DNA of 55,248 nucleotides, counting the filler, from Ionaspis alba (taxonomy: Eukaryota), in the NCBI GenBank assembly GCA_964255285.1. It is 2 parts of 2 records of this genome, joined end to end, with 100 filler letters (N's around TTAATTAATTAA, not from the genome) between each part and the next. Parts side by side here need not be neighbours in the genome. Positions count along the whole stretch, not along the records: positions 27,719 to 55,248 come from CAXUUL010000137.1; 1 more part is not named here. The stretch is one strand, 5' to 3'. The notes under the pieces were generated by a model. It did no database searches, had not been told where the DNA came from, and was given only the letters and a program-made list of their open reading frames with translations. A program made the translations under genes and the position numbers. Shown here piece by piece: positions 48,993 to 55,248 of the stretch; positions within the stretch are counted from its first letter, which is position 1; every line of letters starts with the position of its first letter.

Positions 48993-50297
48993 TTAGATCC
49001 CGAGATACCGCTTCAAGTTCTCGAGGACGCCCTCATCAGCCTCAGCATCGGCCTCAGCATCAGCCTCAGCAAAAGCATCTGCCTCCGGCTCGGCATCTCT
49101 CTCAACGAGCCCCTCGAAGTCGAAATCACGCTCATACAATTCCGCCTCCGCTTCAGCTTCAGCCTCAGCCTCTGCATCCGCCTCGGCCTCGGCCTCAGCC
49201 TCCCGGGCATAGAACTCATGAAGTTCACGGGTATAAAGCTCGGCCTCAGCTTCCGCCTCAGCTTCCGCCTCCGCCTCCGCGAGTGCCTCAGCCTCAGCCC
49301 AAGCCTCGGCCTCCGCCTCGGCCTCACGGGCCTCAAGATCGCGGATGTACATCTGGACATCGCGCTCAGCGAGGTCGCGGGCGCTGAGGCCATAGTCGCT
49401 GCGGCGCTGGAAGTTGCCGACGGGGGCGGCATCAAGAATGTCGCGAACGACGTGCTCGAAGTGAGGGTTGCGCGCCACGAGGGTGTGGAGGTCGCGCTCA
49501 AATTGCATGACGCTGTCACGGGCGACTTTCTTGCCGGGTTTGGGCTTCGGCGCGTTGGACTTGTCGCCAGGGAGCTTGTTGCCGAAGGGAGTTTTGTCAG
49601 TGGCGGGAGTCTTGCCGGTGCCGGGGACTTTGTCGCCAGTGGGGTCGGTGGACGCCGGTTCCTTATCCGTGGGGGTATCGGTCGAGGGCCGCTCGCTGCC
49701 GAAAGCGGAGCCGGTGGGCTTCCTGTTGGGGTTGGTGGGCTTCTTGGGAGAGCCGGGCTTTCCGGTTTTGGGCGAGCCGGGCGTCTTAGCACCGTGCTTT
49801 TCGCCGTGCTGCTTGTGGCCATCCTTTCCGTGCTTAGATCCGTGTTGGCCGTGTTGGCCATGTTTACCATGTTTGCTATGCTTTCCATGCTTTCCATGCT
49901 TGCCGTGCTGAGACCCATGTTGCTTATGGCCATGCTTGCCGTGCTTTCCACTGGAGTGCTTTGACTTGTTCTTGTCCTTCCCACCAGCTTTCTCATGTTT
50001 GAGTTCGCCAGTCATTTTCTTGTTCTGCGCTTGTAGTTGATCGTTCTGCTTGTCCTCGGCCTTAATCTGGGACTGGCTTTGGTCGAATTGTTGCTGGAGT
50101 TCACCATTCTCTTTCTTCTCCTCCTTGTATAGAGTCTCCCAATTGTCAGTTTTACCTGCAGGAGCTTTGTCTTTTGGTGCAGCTGGAGCTTTTGCGGCAG
50201 CATAAGGATCACGCATGTAGATGCCATTGCCGTAGCTTTGGGCCGAGGCGATAGAGGCAACGGTGGCCAGGAGGGCGAGGTCTTTGATTTGAACCAT
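48993..50297 (-). CDS. Secreted repetitive propeptide: signal peptide, His/Gly/Lys repeats, Pro/Lys/Thr linker, LxxR sites with (E/D)A spacers; intronless CDS
   Basis: 434-aa ORF; hydrophobic N-terminus ending ASA|Q; HGK/HGQ repeats at aa 114-169; three X-Ala/X-Pro runs at aa 325-420; C/G-ending codon preference; upstream TATA box. Confidence 0.88.
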   Translation of the reverse strand: MVQIKDLALLATVASIASAQSYGNGIYMRDPYAAAKAPAAPKDKAPAGKTDNWETLYKEEKKENGELQQQFDQSQSQIKAEDKQNDQLQAQNKKMTGELKHEKAGGKDKNKSKHSSGKHGKHGHKQHGSQHGKHGKHGKHSKHGKHGQHGQHGSKHGKDGHKQHGEKHGAKTPGSPKTGKPGSPKKPTNPNRKPTGSAFGSERPSTDTPTDKEPASTDPTGDKVPGTGKTPATDKTPFGNKLPGDKSNAPKPKPGKKVARDSVMQFERDLHTLVARNPHFEHVVRDILDAAPVGNFQRRSDYGLSARDLAERDVQMYIRDLEAREAEAEAEAWAEAEALAEAEAEAEAEAEAELYTRELHEFYAREAEAEAEADAEAEAEAEAEAELYERDFDFEGLVERDAEPEADAFAEADAEADAEADEGVLENLKRYLGI

Positions 50298-50505
50298 GTT
50301 GAATGTTGTGAGAATGACTAGTAAGGAGCAAAAGGAAAAGTGTATATAAAGGAAGAAACTTTTAGACAGAAGTCTTTTGTAAAACTGTTTTGAGGATGCT
50401 TAAGTAACGATACCTGCGTTGCTTACAATAGTCTGGTGATGAATGGAGTAGTCTGAGGAATGGATGCTGCAGATGAAATAGAGCATAGACGATGTGGAAA
50501 CTCCG

Positions 50506-50513
50506 TTTATATA
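50506..50513 (-). promoter_or_regulatory. Candidate TATA box (TATATAAA) of the secreted repeat-protein gene
   Basis: tttatata on the + strand, about 210 bp upstream of the ATG at 50297. Confidence 0.55.
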
Positions 50514-51398
50514 GAATGGGACAGCTCAGCCCAAAGAGGACGGTGAATATTCATCCCGTTATAGGATCACTCATGAAACAACATTTTGACTGAATGCCAA
50601 CAAGATAACAGGGGCGCTGATGAGATGTAAGGGCGGAGAAGGATTTCTCTGGCTATGGGACGATCCGTCTGATCAGCCAATAATACTTTACCTGCTATCA
50701 CCCACACAACGATGTGAACGCAACAGTGGGAGGTGGTCCCCGGAGCGTGGCCGCAGAATGCTGTGCAGACCTATTTCTTGCAATCGTGGTGGAACAGAAG
50801 ATGATCAATGTTGGTGGCACGTTCAGCTGATATCCCAAGGGGACTATTAGCATAGCAACGAAGCCCGACGACCAACTGGCAGGTCCGGAAGCATTCATCG
50901 ATAGGGGTAAGTGATGCCCATGCCACGTGGTGGAAGACAGTCAGACACTCCGGTCGTCTGCAATGGGCTTTGGAACCCATGCTGACGGCGGTAAGACTAG
51001 CTAATGGCTTGTCATGTTGGCGGCACAACTCCACTCTCGTGGGTGCAGCATGGAGCTGACCTCCAACCAACCTCTCGTAACCCTCAGACATATCAAGGGA
51101 CAGAGGATGGGACCGTGCCACTAGCGGATCATAAGCCATCTGATAGCGGAGGATTTTTGGGAGACATTCGTCGGGGAGAGAGAGCATGGCGCTAAAGTGA
51201 GAAGGTGAGGTTGATGTTGGGGCTGAGCTGCGTCTCGAACGTTGGAAAGTCACCGTAGTCGGCGATAATGATAAGCCGCCAGGGATTATTTCCGTTTCAC
51301 CCTCAGCAAGCCAAGACCCGGGCAGATGGGAGAGCGGTGCGGTATTCTGCGTACACTAAAGATAACTTTGGCCCTTGTAGTAAGCACAAGAGCAATTT

Positions 51399-51414
51399 AC
51401 GCGCACGAACGCGT
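51399..51414. promoter_or_regulatory. Tandem MCB-like elements (ACGCGC, ACGCGT) upstream of PCNA
   Basis: ACGCGC 51399-51404 and ACGCGT 51409-51414; MCB boxes are established MBF G1/S elements of fungal replication genes. Confidence 0.6.
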
Positions 51415-51664
51415 CAAAGGCACCACCAAATCGGCCAAAATCACCGTCTTGTATCAATACTCACAACCACCTGGGGAGGATCGAGACAAATCCCAATTCT
51501 TCATACATCTTCAATTGTTCATCACAGAATCCTCTGGTGAGGGATTCTACTCATCCTGCCACAAACCTCGTTCTGCTCCTGGTCCTCTTCAGTGCTGATT
51601 CCTTCCTCGATCCCTCAGAAGCCCTGCGCCTCCGCCCCATCAGATAAGCCCCCACCACGACAAA

Positions 51665-52741
51665 AGTAAGATGACCATCATATCATTTCCAGGCTATGCT
51701 CTGGTCAATGCTTACTTCCGGTGAAACACAGTGCTCGAAGCTCGGTTGGAGCAGGCCAACCTGCTGAAGAAAGTCAGTCTGCACCCGTTCTGTCACCTCG
51801 TCCAAAGGGACACTAACATCACCACCAGGTCGTCGAAGCCATCAAAGATCTCGTGCAAGACTGCAACTTCGACTGCAATGACTCCGGGATCGCTCTTCAA
51901 GCCATGGACAACTCTCATGTCGCGCTTGTCTCCATGATGCTGAAAGCAGAGTCCTTTTCGCCGTTCCGATGCGACCGAAACATCGCCCTCGGCATCAACC
52001 TCACCTCCCTCACAAAGGTCCTACGATGCGCTCAGAACGAAGACATCTTGACCTTGAAGGCAGAAGATGCACCGGACGTTGTCAACTTGGTGTTCGAAAG
52101 CGCAGAAAGCGACAGATTGAGCGAGTATGATATCAAGCTCATGGATATTGACCAAGAGCATCTCGGCATTCCTGAGACAGAGTATGCAGCTACAATCACT
52201 ATGCCATCCGCAGAGTTCCAGAAGATATGCAGGGATCTGATGGCACTTTCGGAGTCAGGTAAGCCCTACCATCCTGTTGTCATATACTGTTGGCCATGTC
52301 AAGTGTTGGAAACGGTCAGACCAAATGTGGGGAAGGAAACGTTTCAGAATTCTAACAATCTTTTCAGTCGCCATCGAGGCCACTAAGGAAGGAGTGAAGT
52401 TCGCTTGCACTGGTGACATTGGCAATGGCTCGGTCACACTACGAAGCCACACGAACGTGGACAAGCCACAACTGAACGTCGAGATCGAGCTTACGGAGCC
52501 CGTGGCCCTTACCTTCTCCCTCAAGTACCTCGTCAACTTTTGCAAAGCGAGTGGTCTCTCGGACACCGTCAAGCTGTGTCTTTCGAATGAAGTTCCCTTG
52601 CTTGTCCAGTACGAACTGGCCTCGAACAGCTACCTGAGGTTTTACCTGGCCCCGAAGGTATGCTGCAGCTTCGAATCTTACTTGGTCAATTCGGTAGAAC
52701 AACGTTACTGACTGAGCCAATAGATTGGGGATGAAGAGTAG
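51665..52741 (+). CDS. POL30: Proliferating cell nuclear antigen; multi-exon, start codon split by an intron
   Basis: A(51665)|intron 51666-51731|TG gives [54 protein letters not shown]. Confidence 0.97.
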
Positions 52742-53021
52742 GGTATCCAGGGGCTTCGCATTGTACTGGCGTCGGGAAGGTATTTGTGAGGGCAGAAGAA
52801 GCTCGAAACCCCGTTAGGATAGAAGGATACAATGATGTTCCGTGCAACGAGTTTGGTGATTAATGTATCTACGAGCTCTAGAGCACCAATTCACTGCCCT
52901 TCAACATTTCAGTTCCACGACATCATAGCACTGCGCTAGCAGATTATCACAAGCGACGATCCTCTGAACTCATGCTTGTCGAACTACCTCATCTAGTCAT
53001 TGATTGTCAGCGACTATCACC

Positions 53022-54379
53022 ATGTCTACTGATCTTCCAATACCAGAAACTCGAGTATTGGCAATAGCTAGCCACGTAGGGACTGTGTATCCTAATATTT
53101 TATCGAGGATCATCGCTGACAGAAGCCTCCAAGGTTGTCTACGGGTGAGTCATGCTGGATATGGAGATGCATCAAGACTTTACGAATTCATATGGTCTGA
53201 TATGGGTCTAGATATGTCGGAAACACGATGGCCACATTGGTCATGCAGTCCTTGGGCTGTGAAGTTGCTGCGCTCAATACTGTGCACTATAGTAAAGGGC
53301 CTCGCGGGGCCAATGTCTAGACAAGAAATATTTATATTAATCAATCATCATAGGTAACCATACAGCCTACAAACAGGTCAAAGGCACCAAGGCAACTTCA
53401 GATGAGATCCGCGACATCTATGAAGGTCTAAAGCAGAGCTTTCTGACGGACTTCGATGTCCTGCTCTCTGGATATGCCCCTGGCGCTGAAGCAGTAGAGG
53501 TTATTGGAGCCATAGGCCGAGATCTGAAGCTCAAGGGCTCGACGAAGCCGGGATCTTTCTTTTGGGGTTTGCTCAGTAGAATGAACTTGCCATCACGAAG
53601 ATGCTAATGACTAGTAGTATTGGATCCGGTAATGGGAGACCAAGGACATTTATATGTCAATGAGAACGTCGTCCCCGTGTACAAGAACCTCTTGCGAGAC
53701 GCAGACTTGATTGTTCCCAACCAGTTCGAAGCCGAGTCAGTCCGTTCTAGAATCCAGCTATCAAGTTCGTCGAGGTGACTAAACCGTACCTAGAGTACTT
53801 TCCGAAACCAAGATAACCTCTCTCTCAAACCTCCGAGATGCCATCACGAAACTCCACAGCCAGCACCGTATTCCCCACATCGTCGTCACCTCAGTCAGCT
53901 TCGAGTCTTCCACACCGACCCTCTCCGTCGTCGGCTCATCTCGGCGCTCAGATTGTACTCCGCGCCTCTTTCGTATCGACGTCCCAGCAATCGACTGCTT
54001 CTTCAGCGGCACAGGCGACATGTTCGCAGCTCTGACGATCGTCCGCCTTCGCGAGGCAGTGACCGAAGCTAACCTCAGCACCAAAACTTCATGGCTCTCG
54101 CCTGACGATGTCGACGCTCTCGACCTACCATTGGCTCAAGCCGTGGAAAAGGTTCTGGCCAGCATGCATACTGTACTCGAGAAGACGAAGTTTGCAAGAG
54201 ATGAGGCCCTGAAGGGAATGGAGGCGTTGCTGGAGATGGAAGGGGAGAGCGAGAAGAGGGTGCATTTGAGGAAGACGAAAGCGGCGGAGGTGAGGCTAGT
54301 GAGGAATCTGAAGGATTTAAGGGAGCCGAGGATTATATTTAAGGCGAAGAGATTCGAGGCTGAGGATGAGAAAGGGTGA
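53022..54379 (+). CDS. BUD16: Pyridoxal kinase (Bud16/PdxK); multi-exon with an 11-nt microexon
   Basis: RVLAIASH|VVYG|YVGNTMAT; LNTVHYSNHTAY; LLSGY; LDPVMGDQG; PNQFEAE; FSGTGDMFAAL. Confidence 0.93.
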
Positions 54380-54561
54380 GAGGACCAGGACGAGGGGGAG
54401 GAAAAGGGAGCCGAGGGAGATGAGAAGGAGCATGAAGGGGACCGAATCCATGAATGATGTCTAGTGGTTTTTCCCCATACACCGGTACCTCACGCCCACA
54501 GATATTTATGCGCAGAAGCAACGCTATCTAATCTTTATTCTTTTCATGCCACATCCATTCC

Positions 54562-55248
54562 TCATCCCGTGCTCCCAAACCCTCCAGCACCTCTCACACT
54601 CTCTTCTAATTCCGCCACGACCTCTACGTCTGGAGTATAAATCTAATGCGTATCAGCCCATCCTCACCGTCCCTTCCCCTCCCTCTTCCAGGAAGACGAC
54701 TCACCCGCTCAAGCACCAACTGCGCGACTCGATCTCCCTCCTTGACTACGTCCCCATAGATCAGCACGACTCTCCACTACCGCTGCATATCCACCGATAA
54801 CAACTCACCCTCAAAATCCTTCTCCGAATGGTTGAACAGTAACACCTTAACCTCCCCTCTATAGTCCGCATCAATTACCCCTGCCCCCGTATCGATGAAA
54901 TGTTTAGCCGCCAGCCCACTGCGAGGTGCTACGCGTCCATCTGCAGTTCCCACGATGTCAGCCAATTGTGTCTTCAAAACCCTTTCCTCTCACTTTGTCC
55001 GCCATCCCCTGGTAAATTCCTGATGTATTGACATACATGTCCCGGCCGGTACCGCAATCGCCAACCCTGTCTCTACCAGCCCCTTTCCTCTTGCCGGTAT
55101 CGTCGTCGTGGAGGCAGCGTAGAGGTCGTAGCCGGCAGCGAAGGCGCTACCTCTGGTGGGCGCGGAGGCGGAAGGGACGAGCTTCTTGACGAGGAGCGGT
55201 GGCGATTCGCGGAGTTTGGTTACTGGTGGGGTGGGGTCCGTGGAGGGC
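54562..55248 (-). CDS. DUT1: dUTP pyrophosphatase; 5' end lies outside the window
   Basis: [65 protein letters not shown], stop at 54562. Confidence 0.95.

Noticed and set aside
48708..49996. Long overlapping ORFs: 418 aa on + (LSLGLRL repeats) and 327 aa in another - frame
   Set aside because: Shadows of the repetitive, codon-biased secreted-protein gene; the frame with a signal peptide and processing motifs explains the region
51665..55248. PCNA, pyridoxal kinase and dUTPase as a replication or virus-derived cluster
   Set aside because: All are intron-containing, typical fungal orthologues; PCNA and dUTPase do not share a promoter, and no viral hallmark genes are present
1..55248. tRNA/rRNA genes, transposons, CRISPR arrays and secondary-metabolite cluster genes
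   Set aside because: None recognised by eye: no cloverleaf, transposase/RT motifs, LTR/TIR pairs or PKS/NRPS; small ncRNAs cannot be excluded without tRNAscan-SE/Infernal

Overview
Gene-dense, intron-rich nuclear DNA from a filamentous ascomycete (Pezizomycotina; short GT-AG introns with CTRAC branch points). About 24 protein-coding genes are supported, mostly housekeeping: U1-type Zn-finger protein, Rpp40, Trl1, Gir2, an LYR protein, Mms2, Mon2, an I78-type protease inhibitor, NIP30/FAM192A, Sir2, an ArAE/FUSC-type transporter, FlbC, Sec9, Lcl3, Emc6, Utp12, Arc35, vezatin, PCNA, pyridoxal kinase and a 5'-truncated dUTPase. There are two 100-nt assembly gaps: one holds an artificial TTAATTAATTAA linker, the other has a 55-bp overlap duplicated across it. 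The best novelty candidates are three. (1) A secreted 434-aa precursor (48993-50297) with LxxR/KR sites followed by in-register X-Ala/X-Pro dipeptide spacers, a His-Gly-Lys repeat domain and a short amphipathic C-terminal peptide, i.e. a probable Kex2/Ste13-processed peptide precursor. (2) A stand-alone or degenerate TFIIS zinc-ribbon gene (35653-35907). (3) An uncharacterised Zn-finger plus HExxH protein whose motif forms only after splicing (19321-21444). All family calls come from motif recognition by eye; no database searches were run, and exon boundaries are manual predictions.
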